From contig NC_057719.1 of NCBI RefSeq assembly GCF_004010195.1, positions 47,621,217 to 47,641,216 of the forward strand: a DNA stretch of 20,000 nucleotides, read 5' to 3'. The notes below the pieces were generated by a model. That model made no database searches and had not been told where the DNA came from. It saw only the letters and a list, made by a program, of their open reading frames with translations. Each line of letters starts with the position of its first letter. Position 1 is the stretch's first letter. Below, in pieces: positions 1-11,130 of this stretch. This stretch comes from Chiloscyllium plagiosum. Taxonomy: Eukaryota. Position numbers and translations under genes: made by a program.

Positions 1-224
1 CCATGATTGGAATAATTAGTCTGAGCAGAATCCTTGAACTAAGAACCAAGGCCTTTACTTGCATGGCCACTCCCTGCCAACTTTAAACAAAATTAACAGC
101 ATTTAACAAACACGGGCATTACCAATAGAAATGAATCAGCAACTAATCTGAATGTATATTGAAGATTGCTTTAGCCAACACTGCCAAGCATTCCTCCTTG
201 CTACTTGACACATTCGGCTGCACA

Positions 225-452
225 TAGGATATGGCAAGGCTAACATTTATTCTGCAATCCTAATTGACCCTGAATGGTGTGCTCACTGCCATTTCAGAGG
301 GCAGTGAACAATCAACTACATTATTGCAGGTTATGGTAACTATTAGACCAGTACCTATATTTTAATTTCACCATCCCCATCGTGTGATTTGAACCTGTTC
401 CCAGAACATTAGCCTGGGACTCTAGATTACCAGAATAGGTCACCACCTCCCC
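225..452 (-). mobile_element. Decayed tRNA-derived SINE (Deu/SacSINE1-like), approximate bounds
   Basis: Minus strand has a tRNA-like head (GGTTCAAATC B-box). Its 3' tail resembles the 3' end of the LINE at about 18765-18815 (catttattctgcaatcctaattgaccct vs catttgctgtccattcccaattgccct). Family assignment is from recall. Confidence 0.55.
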
Positions 453-494
453 TAATTCTACAACCCTCAAACTACTTTCTTCCTGGCTACTTGT

Positions 495-755
495 AAACCC
501 CTCCACTTCCTTTGTGTCACCATTAGTGGCTGTTCCTGTAGCACAGTAGGCTCAACGTTTCAGATACCCCTCCAAACCTCCCTGTTTCTATTTATCCCAC
601 TCCTCCTTAATGATCTTTTTTTTTAGAAAGCCCATCTTTTTCAGTTACTAATGCTAAGTCTAGTTTGGTGCTGATGTTTCTTACCCAGCTAACACAAAGC
701 ACATTTGGATCACCATTTTACATTAGCAGTGCTATATAAGTCCTGCTTTTTGTTG
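495..755 (+). mobile_element. Old L2-type LINE 3' end fragment, approximate bounds
   Basis: Similar to the fragment at 9920-10410 (caccattagtggctg vs cactattggttgctg; tacattagcagtgctatata vs tacattgaaaagatctatata). Confidence 0.5.
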
Positions 756-3125
756 ACAAGGAAATGTTTCATACTATATCTAGGCTTTGCATACCTAATT
801 AATGCCTTAATCGGATTTGTTTGGAAACTGCTGATTCGTTTGCAGATCAGAGCATTTGGCACGTTTTGTGCAAAGCTGACCTGTCCCATCCATGCCTCAA
901 TAACCCAAGTAAGACAGCAAACGTTTTCACAAATGTTAGGTTAAAATCATTGTATATTCTAAAGAAAATCACAACTTTATAATTTAAAAAGGCAAAATAT
1001 TACTCAAATTCCATGAAAACAACAAACATTGCTCAGCTCATTCAAGTCTTTAGGTTAAAGTACAATTTAATGTGGTTAAATTGTTAATACTAATAATACT
1101 TACTATATAAACAATTGGACATATATTACAATCTTTGACTATATTCAATACAGTCCCTTAAGTGCACTAAAATTAAATACATTTCAAAAGCGACAGTAAT
1201 TACAAAATATAAGAGTTTTAAAACAAACAATTCTATTTGACTCTCAGGATACAACAAAGTCCAAGGCCATATTTCAGTGCCAACAGACCCCAGGTTAATG
1301 CATTATACAAGTTACTCAGAACAACATACACTGAATATGGATTTCCACATACCAGAGGGGAGAGATTTTTCTCAATGTCAGGAATTTGCTTGTAGCAAAT
1401 TGGTATACAATTCATAGCCACTCTTTTTAGCTATATTAGTCAATTAGTAACATTGAGTTTCCATATGAAAAGTTGCACATTAGCATTCTGAGCAAAGCAA
1501 CAGTATTCACAAATACTGCAAATTTCTAGAATGTATGTCAATTGCAACATTAAAACATCATTAAGTTTTATATAAATGATTATCACCACACAGTACACTT
1601 AAAATATGCAATAATGAAAAGACACTTAAATAATACATGGAAAATGATACACTATTATACATTTTTGTGGAATTTATCAAGAAGTAATCGTACAACATTT
1701 GTGCAATGTTTAATCCGTCACTCTGAATCTTATCACTTGCCAATGATTTAGGCTGCTCCAGTGCTCAATCTCTGTACTCAAAGCTAATTCTAATCATGAA
1801 CTACTAAAAAATTAAATGGAGTTTGTTAAAGTAGAATGATTAACCATTCAAATAAATTAAACTCTGTCTAATTATCATTAAAAATTAATAAATTGACTTT
1901 TTTCAATAAATTATACACCTTTTTAAAAAGAAATTAGGAATTTATAGCTTGGTGAACGATGCAATTTCAGATACTTATTAAACCACTTTAGATTTTCTTG
2001 ATTGTAATGAGTTACCAAAATGTATTTCATCTTAAATTGACATTTTCATCTTTTATTTGAATAAATTTGTGCTATTTTTAAAAAGTAAACAAAAAAAGCA
2101 ACTTTCCTCTTTTTTAAATAAAGAAAATACAAAACTTCACCTCATGCATGTTGTATCGCACTCCTGGAATATTTCAGAACCCCACCACAGTATTCTATGT
2201 TCAAAAGATATTTCTTTTAAAATAACTCTAATGCAGGCTAATGATTCTGTACTTCTACATAGAATGTCTTGATTAGTAATCAAAATATTTTGAAAATAAT
2301 TAAATTTTAAAATATTGTAGGAAAATTATTTCTAAAGAATATTCCTGATTCCCTGGATTTGGAAATTCTTTTGTCTGAATGTTAATACATAACATGGATT
2401 TCTACAAATGTTGAACATGTAATATTTTGCCAGTGAAGTCATTGTGCACCTGTTGTTGCTGCCGCTCACTGCATCATTCATCACTTTACTCACTGACCAG
2501 CGTCCCACCCCATTTTCTGTTTCATGTGCAAGATGGTGGGTGAGGAAGAGGGTGGCCAAGAGGTGCAGCAAGTGGGAGATGAGCAGGGCAGTGAGGGGTT
2601 GGCAATGTGGCAGCAGTAGTCATGCAGAACAATTTTCTTTGATACTGGCATGTACTGACAACAGGACAGGTGCCGCCATTGCATGTGCAGCACTTGTGGT
2701 TGCAGTAGCAACAAATTTAAACACTGATGATTACATATTTCATTCAATTACCTTGCTACCAGATTTGGCAATTCAAGCTGTTACATGAAAGATGGTCAAG
2801 ATTTGCCATAAACAAAACAAGGAAGAATACACCGTGCATTTGTTTCTATGTTCTTCTCTGCATTTCCTGACTTACGCAAATCAACTTTAATCTTTTGCCC
2901 CAATGTTTTATTATTTTCTCATCTTCATTATGGGAAGCATACCTCTACCCTTCTAAGAACTCTTTGGATGAATTCACAGGCGAGAGCACATGTCTTTCCA
3001 CTCTGGGCTATTTGAGGCATACAAATAAATCATAAGATCCATTTAAACCTTCTAATTCTGTCCACAGATGACAGCAAGTATATTAAGTTGATTACAAAGT
3101 GGCACTTTGGGTCTTACTGAAAAGA

Positions 3126-3311
3126 GGAGAAAGTGAGGACTGCAGATGCTGGAGATCAGAGCTTAAAAATGTGTTGCTGGAAAAGCGCAGGTCAGGCAGC
3201 ATCAAAGGAACAGGAGAATCGACGTTTCGGGCATAAGCCCTTCCTGAAGATTCTCCTGTTCCTTTGATGCTGCCTGACCTGCTGCGCTTTTCCAGCAACA
3301 CATTTTTAAGC
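3126..3311. mobile_element. Non-autonomous Penelope-derived hairpin element (family 1), centre partly deleted
   Basis: Inverted arms at about 3158-3220 and 3249-3314, unique tail 3126-3157. 14-bp TSD tcttactgaaaaga at 3112-3125 and 3312-3325. Homologous to the copies at 6341, 10922 and 14993. Confidence 0.85.
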
Positions 3312-3729
3312 TCTTACTGAAAAGACACCTTTTGTCATAGTTTTTCACTTTGCACTCATCAGGACATTTCACAAGAAATGTTAAAACACAAGTAATGTGC
3401 CACCTGCAAGCCTGACAGTACTCTCCTCTCAAACAGCCTATATATTCTCCTTTTCATTTTTTTTTCTAACTTGAATGTGGTACTAGAGTTCATTATAAAT
3501 CTGACTAATGGTGCAAATGTATATTTCCCCTCTACCATTGTCTTAATTGAGTATCTGTTCCCCATAAATTTGAATGAGATGATCAATTCAAATTCATGAA
3601 ATTTGCTAGCGTTATGAAATTAGGGCAGTGGAATTGAAGGAATCAGAACACATTCTGTCCAACTTCTTCTGTAGCTCGAGAGGGTAGAACAGTGATTGAC
3701 AAACATTATTAGACTAATGTAAAATGCTG

Positions 3730-4415
3730 AATAAGAGGTCCAAGCACAATAGAGTAGCAAACAGTGATTACGATATAAGGCTTGAAAAAGAAAGCTAGGA
3801 GAAATTTATAGATAGTACTAAAACAGACTGAGTAAATAATGATGATCAAAGAAAGTTGAAAGGCAATATTGATGAGAGGATCTGTAAGACATGACAAATG
3901 GAATTTAATGTCAGCAAATGAGGTGGCACCCTTGGTTAGATAAAAGTAACCATTCCAATTTGAACAGCAAAAAAGGTTGGATGATGTACAAGATTGGAGA
4001 ATATTTGGTTCATTATAAAAGCAGCACTTCACATGGATAATTTCAATGTGAAGGAAAAGTTCATGAATTCGGGGATTTTAGAGTAAGATGTAAATGTAAA
4101 ACTTAAAATGGTAAGTCGAGATAAGTAAAATCACAGCTTCAGTCATGTATACAATTCAGAAATTCATACTCCAGGAAGGGTGTGGAAAATGCCACCTAGA
4201 ATGGGAAAATTAAAAAAGCTCTAGAAAAATCTGAAAACCTGGACTCCTGTTCATTATAACAGAGTGAGGTGATTTGATAGTGGTGTCTAAAATCATGAAT
4301 GGACAATGCAGACTGTTGCCAGTGGTTGAGAGATTTAAAGTAATTGTCTATGAAATATATTAGGGATCATGTTCACATGTAACAATGAGTTAGGTGATTA
4401 ATAGGTGCCTGAATG
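3730..4415 (+). mobile_element. Highly decayed CR1-type LINE ORF2 3' fragment, approximate bounds
   Basis: Remnant motifs such as tgacaaatggaatttaatgtcagcaaatg (WQMEFNVSKC-like) and gaggtgatttgatagtggtgtctaaaatcatg (RGDLIEVFKIM-like). Confidence 0.5.
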
Positions 4416-5280
4416 GACTGTGAGGGCTCTTAGTGCAATGGTAGTGTCATGAACCCAGGCCTTCTGACCCAGAGATAAAGTCCAACCATAACATCTGAAA
4501 GGTTGAATAAAAAATGTCTATATGCGTGATTTAGGCAGACACAGGACTATGACAACTGTTGAATATACAAATGATCGCAAATTGGTCAAACCATTTCTAG
4601 GTTAATTTCTAAGCAAAGTCAATATAAAACAATCAAACAGTATAATATGAAAGTTAAAGAAAAGCTTATTCAATCTGTAGTCAGACCACATCCTTGAGCA
4701 CTATATCGTCTTCTGGCTGCAGAGGCATGAAAGAGACACAAGAGCCACAGTTACCAATGCATGGAATTATCCTCTAGATCAAACATTAGAGACAAAAACA
4801 TTAAAAACACATTAATTCCCCTAACTTTTGAGTCAATCTGGATATATAAAGTATGGTGGCCAGATTGACATCCCTTTTTCCTTTTGCTTCATATGTACAC
4901 AGTATTTGCACAATCATAGCAGTTCTCAACTCTGAAGCAAACAATAATATTGAAAAGATTTAACTTCTTCTATTGAACCTAATTTGTCAATGGAATGAAG
5001 TCAGAATTCTACACAAACTCTGCACAAGTAACTGTCATGTGGAGAAGGACTATGCAGTTTTCTTCAGACACCACTGTAAATTCCACCACCATGACATTTA
5101 CTCCAAGTCTTCAGAAGCACTGTTTGATGCTACTTAGAAAAATAAATTTTAAAAATATGTGCAACAAGGAGACTACATACAGGTGCAAAGGATAAAATGT
5201 TTCAGTGAAAATTCAGTACTATTTGTGATATTTCCTCATTCAACTGGCTGGTACACAGAGGAAAAAGTACTTTTTTTGTT

Positions 5281-5286
5281 TTTAAT
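5281..5286 (-). terminator. Candidate polyadenylation signal (ATTAAA) of GCH1
   Basis: First canonical-type poly(A) hexamer I found downstream of the stop. It is followed about 13 nt later by U/GU-rich CTTTTTCCTCTGTGT on the minus strand. Not verified by transcript data. Confidence 0.35.
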
Positions 5287-5619
5287 TAAAAACTAAATGT
5301 GTAAATTTGTATAAATATTCTGAGTAGACCTCTGCTAGATTCCATTAAATACCAACCTATTGGTTACAAGACATCTAAATCTATGAAACTATCATGTATC
5401 TTTTTGAGAATTCTAAGACACTCAAATATTAAACACTAAGAACTGTGACTTTGTTACAGTATATTGACATAACCCAACGTACATTATCCTTTACTATTAA
5501 CAGGTTCATATTTTTGTAATTCTGAATCCTACATCTAAACATTTAACAAATACAAGTAATAACAATTAAAGCATATATTGAACATCTAAAAGCAGTATGT
5601 TCCATTCAGCGTTCAATTT

Positions 5620-5746
5620 TCAGTTCTTAATAAGAGTTAGAAACTCCTCACGGGTCTTCGGGTCTTCCCGGAAAACACCTAACATGGTGCTGGTTACAGT
5701 TTTACTGTTCATCTTTTGCACTCCCCTCATCACCATACACATGTGC
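5620..5746 (-). CDS. GCH1: GTP cyclohydrolase 1, last coding exon 6 (127 nt including TGA): [41 protein letters not shown]
   Basis: Acceptor ctctctctttgtAG. HMCM motif with the third Zn ligand. Stop TGA at 5620-5622; C-terminus nearly identical to vertebrate GCH1. Confidence 0.97.
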
Positions 5747-6289
5747 CTACAAAGAGAGAGATTATTTAAACAGGCTTGTTGATATTCTTAGTCACGATCC
5801 TTCAGATTTGGCAGAATGGCTTGGCTGTTTTAGTAAGCAACTTTATTTTGCACTAAACTTTCAGTTTATGTTGGACTCCTACATTTGACCAAGTAATGTT
5901 TTCCAGAACCAAGACAGTGTTTAGCCAACTTCCAAATCTCCACCCCAATACGGACCACTTATGATCAAACCTTCCACAACCATTCCACTCAAAAACAGGT
6001 CATTCCATCATTATTCACCTCTCTTTTGTATTTTCCTATTACTTTCCTTGCTATCCTTTCTTCCAAGCCACATCCACCTCAGATTCTCTTTCCCATTTTT
6101 AATTGTCATCAATGCTTCCCAACTCTCTTCATGAGCGACTTCTCTATCATTTTTCCCTACCCCTCTCTTTTCTTTCCCTGACTTCTGCCATCCATCTCTC
6201 TCATCCCTGCTCATGGTACAATACAATTATCCCAATGCTTCTACACTTTATTATTACATTTGATCTTATTGGATACATTCAATGCATGG

Positions 6290-6785
6290 GACATTAAACA
6301 AGATAAATCCCACCATACAGCTGTGGAACCTTTAAATTCAAGAGAAAGTGAGAACTGCAGATGCTGGAGATTAGAGTCAAAAAGTGGGATGCTGGAAAAG
6401 CACAGCCGGTCAGGAAGCATTCGAGGAGGAGAGTTGACATTTTGAGCATAAAGTGTTCATCAGAATCATCAGGATTCCTGATGAAGAGCTTATGCTTGAA
6501 TTGTCAACCCTCCTGCTCCTCGGATGCTGCCTGACCGGCTGTGCTTTTCCAGCACCACACTTTTTGACCTTTAAATTCAGTTGATTAAAAAAAACAGCTG
6601 GAATACAACACTGGTATTGATGATAGCGAAAGTGCTGTAAAAATCCACCTTGTTCACTAATATCCTTTTCTTAGGGAAGGAAACTGGGCAGATTTTATAT
6701 GTCTCCAGGCGTTTAACTGCCCTCCAAAATGCCCCGGCTATCCAATAGTCATAAAGTGTTAGCTAAGGAATCCTGGCCTGGCAAA
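6290..6785 (+). mobile_element. Decayed Deu/SacSINE1-like SINE interrupted by the hairpin element at 6341-6566
   Basis: Head remnant aaatcccacca...tttaaattca; body aaaaatccaccttgttcactaatatcc...agggaaggaaact...ttaactgccctcc recalled as typical of this family. Confidence 0.5.
6341..6566. mobile_element. Penelope-derived hairpin element (family 1, older copy)
   Basis: Inverted arms; central cctgatgaagagcttatgcttgaa (decayed hammerhead core). 13-bp TSD acctttaaattca at 6328-6340 and 6567-6579. Confidence 0.85.
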
Positions 6786-6944
6786 AAAAAACACATTTTT
6801 GGGATCGTCTCTGACCAGAAGCTTACACTAGACCAGACAAATCACATTTTGACTGGAAAAGCAGAGCAGAGTCTAAATACTCTGACAAATGACTAATGTT
6901 CTGGCATCAAAAGGTTTCTCTCCCTGTGTGTAGGGACAGTATAG

Positions 6945-8108
6945 ATGCAAAATGGTCAGCGATAAGAAATGGTACTTGTGATTGGTTGCTTTCCACACTG
7001 GAGGACAGAATATAGTGGGGTTTCACAGAGGTTAGTGTTAGAGCTCCTGCTTTTATTTTATATTACCTTTCCTTGTTCTTTCGACCAAAATAAATCACTT
7101 CACAATTCTCAGTATTAAATTTATTTGCCACTAGTCCACCCATTCCATTATCCGGTTTATGTTTCTTGTTTTGATAAACATCCTGTCCCTTAGTTCACAA
7201 TACTTCCAATGTTTTTTGATGTCTGCAAGTTTTGAAGTTGTGCCCTGCACACTGAAATCAAGAAAAAGAATTGTAGATGGTTCCAGCCACCATACTTTAG
7301 GAATATTGTGAACATGCTAAAGAAAGTGCAGAAATGATGCAAGGGAGTAGTCCAGGTTAAGGAACTTCTAGTCTAGAGAAATGGAATTCTTCCTCTTGGA
7401 TTAGGGAAATCTCAGAGGAGTATTGATAGACAGGAGGTTAAGGGGTGACCTTCTAAAAGTTTATAATATCATGAAAAATTAGATGAATAACAAAGATCTT
7501 TTCCCTAGGATGGGGAAAGTTCAAAACTTGGCGCATATTTTTAAGGCTAGAGGAACAAGTTTTAAAACACAAGGGGCAATTTTTTTGTTTTACAGTGTAT
7601 TCATATATGGAATGAACTGCCAGACAAAGTGGTGAATGCAGAAACAGTTACAACATTTGAAAGACATTTGGATAAGTAATATGGATAGGAAAGGTTTGGA
7701 GGGATATGGGCCAAAAACAGACAAGTGGGACTAGTTTAGTTTGGGAACATGGTCAACATGATTGAGTTTGACCAAAGGGTCTGTTTCTGTGCTGTATGAC
7801 TCAATGACTCTGCATTCAAAGTTGGCAGTCTGGACAGAAGAATTAAGAAGCTCACAACAATGATTTAAGGTCACTAACATAAGAAGCAACTGCAGCAGGA
7901 AGAAAGACACTTTTCTTCCATCAGTAGTCAGTATTTGGAATGTGTGGTGGAAATAGATTCAGTTGAGGCTTTCAAAAGAACTGAATAATTACCTTAAAGA
8001 GTAAAAAAAATTGCAGAGCCACAGGGAAATGGAACTAAATGAATTGTTCTCGCAGAAAGCTGGCACAAACATGATGGGCCAAATGAACTCCTTGTGTGAT
8101 AAAATCTC
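6945..8108 (+). mobile_element. Old CR1 LINE ORF2 remnant with an internal inversion (about 7066-7263) and a younger CR1 nested inside
   Basis: SGVSQRLVLELLL (decayed SGVPQGSVLGPLL) on + at about 7013-7065; LDFSVQGTTSKLAD and CEVIYFGRKN on -; PYFR...KVQK on + after 7270; 3' tail ending near 8108. Confidence 0.6.
7430..7811 (+). mobile_element. CR1/HER1-type LINE 3' end
   Basis: RRLRGDLLKVYNIM-like start; ends in gggtctgtttctgtgctgtatgactcaatgactct. Homologous to 9050-9373 and 14788-15164. Confidence 0.8.
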
Positions 8109-9049
8109 ATTAAATAATTACATCTGCAAGGTTTAAGTCAGTGTGTGATCGAATAACTCTTCACTGATCTAGATGGGTGAAGCTGCAACACAGATTTTAG
8201 CACCATCCAGGTAAAGAAGCATGTTAGATAATTATCCAAGACTTATTATCAAGACTTACTACTCACTGCAGTCTAAAGATATTATAAAACTCAGCAGAGC
8301 GATTTGCAAATTTCTCCATACCGCTCTATCACTAGAGAAAACGAGAGCAGCAATGTTGTGGGAACACATTTAAGGCCAACTCTGCTCCAGGTCACACTGT
8401 TCCTTCTCTGCTGTTTGGTAGAGAATTAGAGAATATATCCATTGTCTAATTGTTATACCAGAGATCTTTCATGGGTTAAATGTTTTTAAAAAGCAAAAAC
8501 ATATGGACCTAAAACAAGACCAGTGGACACCTGACTGCAGACAGACAAATTTCGAGAGTGGAATAAACAAAGCCACCTGTGCTGAAATTATTACTTTTCA
8601 TCTAAAAACATCAAAACCAAGCAACTGGATTAGCATCAACAAACTTCCAAATAAATCTGTTGGACTATATGCAGTTGAGAAGTCATAAATGTTGCAATTG
8701 GACTAGCTGGTTTCATACATACTTATATGACTTCATATATTGGGAAATTAAAGTCTTGCTGCCAGTTATTCAGCTTGAACAGACAACAGAGCTAGACTCT
8801 GGAATAACTTTCACCTACATTTCAACAGCTACTTTTGACCAGCAGCACAAACAAAAGAACTTGAATTCGTAACAGCAACACTTGGAAGTCACTCTCTCCC
8901 TACTTCGTTCCATCTCAGAAAGCAGGCCCCAATGATAAAGCAACCATTCACTAAGGACAAGAAATCTACCACAGATTCTGCTACTACTGCACAAATGAGT
9001 CAACAATTAACCAAATCTGGCCTCAGGTTTAAAATCTTAAAGAGTCTAA

Positions 9050-9373
9050 GGGTTTCCCTGGGGTGGGGAAGTCCAGAACTAGAGGGTATAGGTTTAGGGT
9101 GAGAGGGGAAGATATAAAAGAGGCCTAAGGGGCAACTTTTTCACGCAGAGGGTGGTATGTGTATGGAAAGAGCTGCCAAAGGAAGTGGTGGAAGCTAGTC
9201 CAACTGCAACATTTAAAAGGTACCTGGATGGGTATATGAATAGAAAGGGTTTGGAGGGATATGGGCCAGGTGCTGGCATTTGGAACTAGATTGGGTTGGG
9301 ATATCTGATCGGCATGGTCAAGTTGGACCGAAGGATCTGTTTCCGTGCTGTACATCTTTATGACTTTATGACT
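9050..9373 (+). mobile_element. CR1/HER1-type LINE 3' end (relatively young)
   Basis: aggggcaactttttcacgcagagggtggt...tggaaagagctgcca (RGNFFTQRVV..W..LP); 3' tail ctgtttccgtgctgtacatctttatgactttatgact. Confidence 0.88.
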
Positions 9374-9392
9374 TCTCAACTGCATAAAGTTA

Positions 9393-9569
9393 AAAATCAC
9401 ACCACCAAGTTATAGTCCAACAGATTTATTTGGAAGCACTAGCTTTTGGAGCACTGCTTCTTCATCAGGTGGAAGCTAGTGCTTCCAAATAAACCTGTTG
9501 GACTATAACCTGGTGTTGTGTAATTTTTAACTTTGTACACCCCAGTCCAACACCGGCATCTCCAAATGA
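9393..9569. mobile_element. Penelope-derived hairpin element (family 2)
   Basis: Inverted arms at about 9386-9445 and 9472-9534, tail 9535-9569. 16-bp TSD caactgcataaagtta at 9377-9392 and 9570-9585. Minus strand reads CTGATGA-AGAAGCAGTGCTCC-AAAAGCTA (decayed hammerhead core). Confidence 0.85.
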
Positions 9570-9919
9570 CAACTGCATAAAGTTATTTCTCCTTTTCTAC
9601 ACCAACCACTAACCATTTCGAACCTTTTACCTTTTTGTGTGTATATTTGATGTCATCTTTTTACTACTTTTTTTCTTCATATTAGTAAGTAATAAAATTT
9701 ATTTTACTTTCACTCAAGAAAACCTTGGTTTCTGCACCTTCACTTTCTAGTTAGCTATGTTGAATTGAATTGTGATGACTGTGTGCTATTTGATGTGACT
9801 GACAAGACGGGATTAAAAAGCAGATTTCATCTCCTTGTCTGGTCGTAATATTACTCACATGGTGGGGCTGATTTCAGAATAATCTTGGCATTCATTCATA
9901 CCTTTGTTACCTCTAAACT

Positions 9920-10410
9920 GAATAATTAATATGTACTCCTGACTGGTCTCCCACGATCTACATCCTAAACTCTGCTGTTTGTGATTAACTTGCAATAAGT
10001 TCCATTTTCCTAGATCACTGACCTACATTAGCTTCCAGAAAAGCAATGTCTATAAAAATTCTCATTCTGATTTTCAAATCCTCTACAACCTTGGCCCTTT
10101 CCTTTCTCTGTTATCTCCTTTAGACCACACACTCAAATATATTCATGCTCCTCTACACTAGCCTCGTGTCCAACCACCAATTTTAATTGCTCCACTATTG
10201 GTTGCTGAGGCTTCAATTGTCGAGCCACAAATTCTAGAATAACCTATCATTACCTGTCTGCCTCACTTCTTAAAGGCTTTCCTTAAAACATACGTCTTTG
10301 TCAAGCTTTTTGGTAACTGAATAGCTTCATAATTGACTTCACGTCATACATTGTTTTGTAATGCTCTTGATATTACATTGAAAAGATCTATATACATTTA
10401 TTTAGTTATT
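9920..10410 (+). mobile_element. Old L2-type LINE 3' fragment, approximate bounds
   Basis: Remnant LTGLP...DLH*LP...YKNS..IFKSLYNLGP-like sequence, and a 3' tail similar to 495-755. Confidence 0.6.
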
Positions 10411-10631
10411 CCAAAAACTACTTCCAACTCCACAGCCTTTGCTACATTGACAAACCAAAAGGAAATTAGCAGATTTGTGTTTCTTTGAAGATATAAATTA
10501 CATATACTGCTCTTTAACAATTAGAATACTCTGCCAAGTTAAACTTCATTAAAGCTGTTAAAATTGCACAAAACTAAAAATAACAAAAAATGCTTTGCTT
10601 TTTTAAACTTAATTCTGCTTTCAACACTCAC

Positions 10632-10716
10632 GTGGCTTCAATCACCACTCCGACACCTGCAGGCTGTAAGGCTTCTGTGATCGCTTTCGCAATTTGTTTG
10701 GTGAGACGCTCTTGTA
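10632..10716 (-). CDS. GCH1: GTP cyclohydrolase 1, exon 5 (85 nt): (V)[27 protein letters not shown](T)
   Basis: Acceptor ttgcctgtcaacAG, donor CAC|GTgagt. 85 nt; QERLT motif. Confidence 0.97.
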
Positions 10717-10921
10717 CTGTTGACAGGCAAAATAATATACTTGTATGAAATGAGCTCCGGATTAACTACTGAGTGAAGATGGGATATTACAACAATTTAA
10801 TTATGCATTTTCATTATGTTCTGAATAAAAATTCCTAATTTGTATTGGCCCAATTTATTCAAAGTAAATGTGTACAAATCCATGACATATGTATCACAAT
10901 ACACAAGTATATTAGATCATC

Positions 10922-11130
10922 GATGGAAATGTGTTGCTGGAAAAGCGCAGCAGGTCAGGCAGCATCTAGGGAACAGGAGAATCGACGTTTCGGGCATTAG
11001 CCCTTCTTCAGGGCTAATGCCCGAAACGTCGATTCTCCTGTTCCCTAGATGCTGTCTGACCTGCTGCGCTTTTCCAGCAACACATTTCCATCTCTGATCT
11101 CCAGCATCTGCAGACCTCACTTTCTCCTCC
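10922..11130. mobile_element. Penelope-derived hairpin element (family 1, young, near-perfect 83-bp stem)
   Basis: Arms 10922-11004 and 11010-11092 (1 mismatch), 5-nt loop, tail 11093-11130. 14-bp TSD tatattagatcatc at 10908-10921 and 11131-11144. Confidence 0.9.

Larger units (their letters stand above)
8451..9850 (+). mobile_element. Possible solo LTR hosting later CR1 and Penelope-type insertions
   Basis: Imperfect terminal inverted repeats (tgttataccag ... ctggtcgtaata) and AATAAA at 9691-9696. No convincing TSD. Confidence 0.35.

Noticed and set aside
2444..2788. 114-aa + strand ORF and overlapping minus-strand ORFs
   Set aside because: Non-ATG start and no recognisable domain; explained by the locally higher GC content.
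5597..5782. + strand ORFs at 5597-5782 and 17620-17805
   Set aside because: Antisense shadows of GCH1 exons 6 and 2.
6011..6226. Pyrimidine-rich tract with a K/R/E-rich antisense ORF
   Set aside because: Low-complexity intronic sequence.
8644..9585. CRISPR-like or prokaryotic interpretation of the repeated segments
   Set aside because: No regularly spaced direct repeats. The context is a spliced vertebrate gene, and the repeats are explained by TSDs and local templated copying.
10840..11120. Near-identical ORFs on both strands (RWKCVAGKAQQVRQH...), with relatives at 3092-3432, 6260-6445 and 14870-15313
   Set aside because: Artefacts of the palindromic repeat family, not genes.
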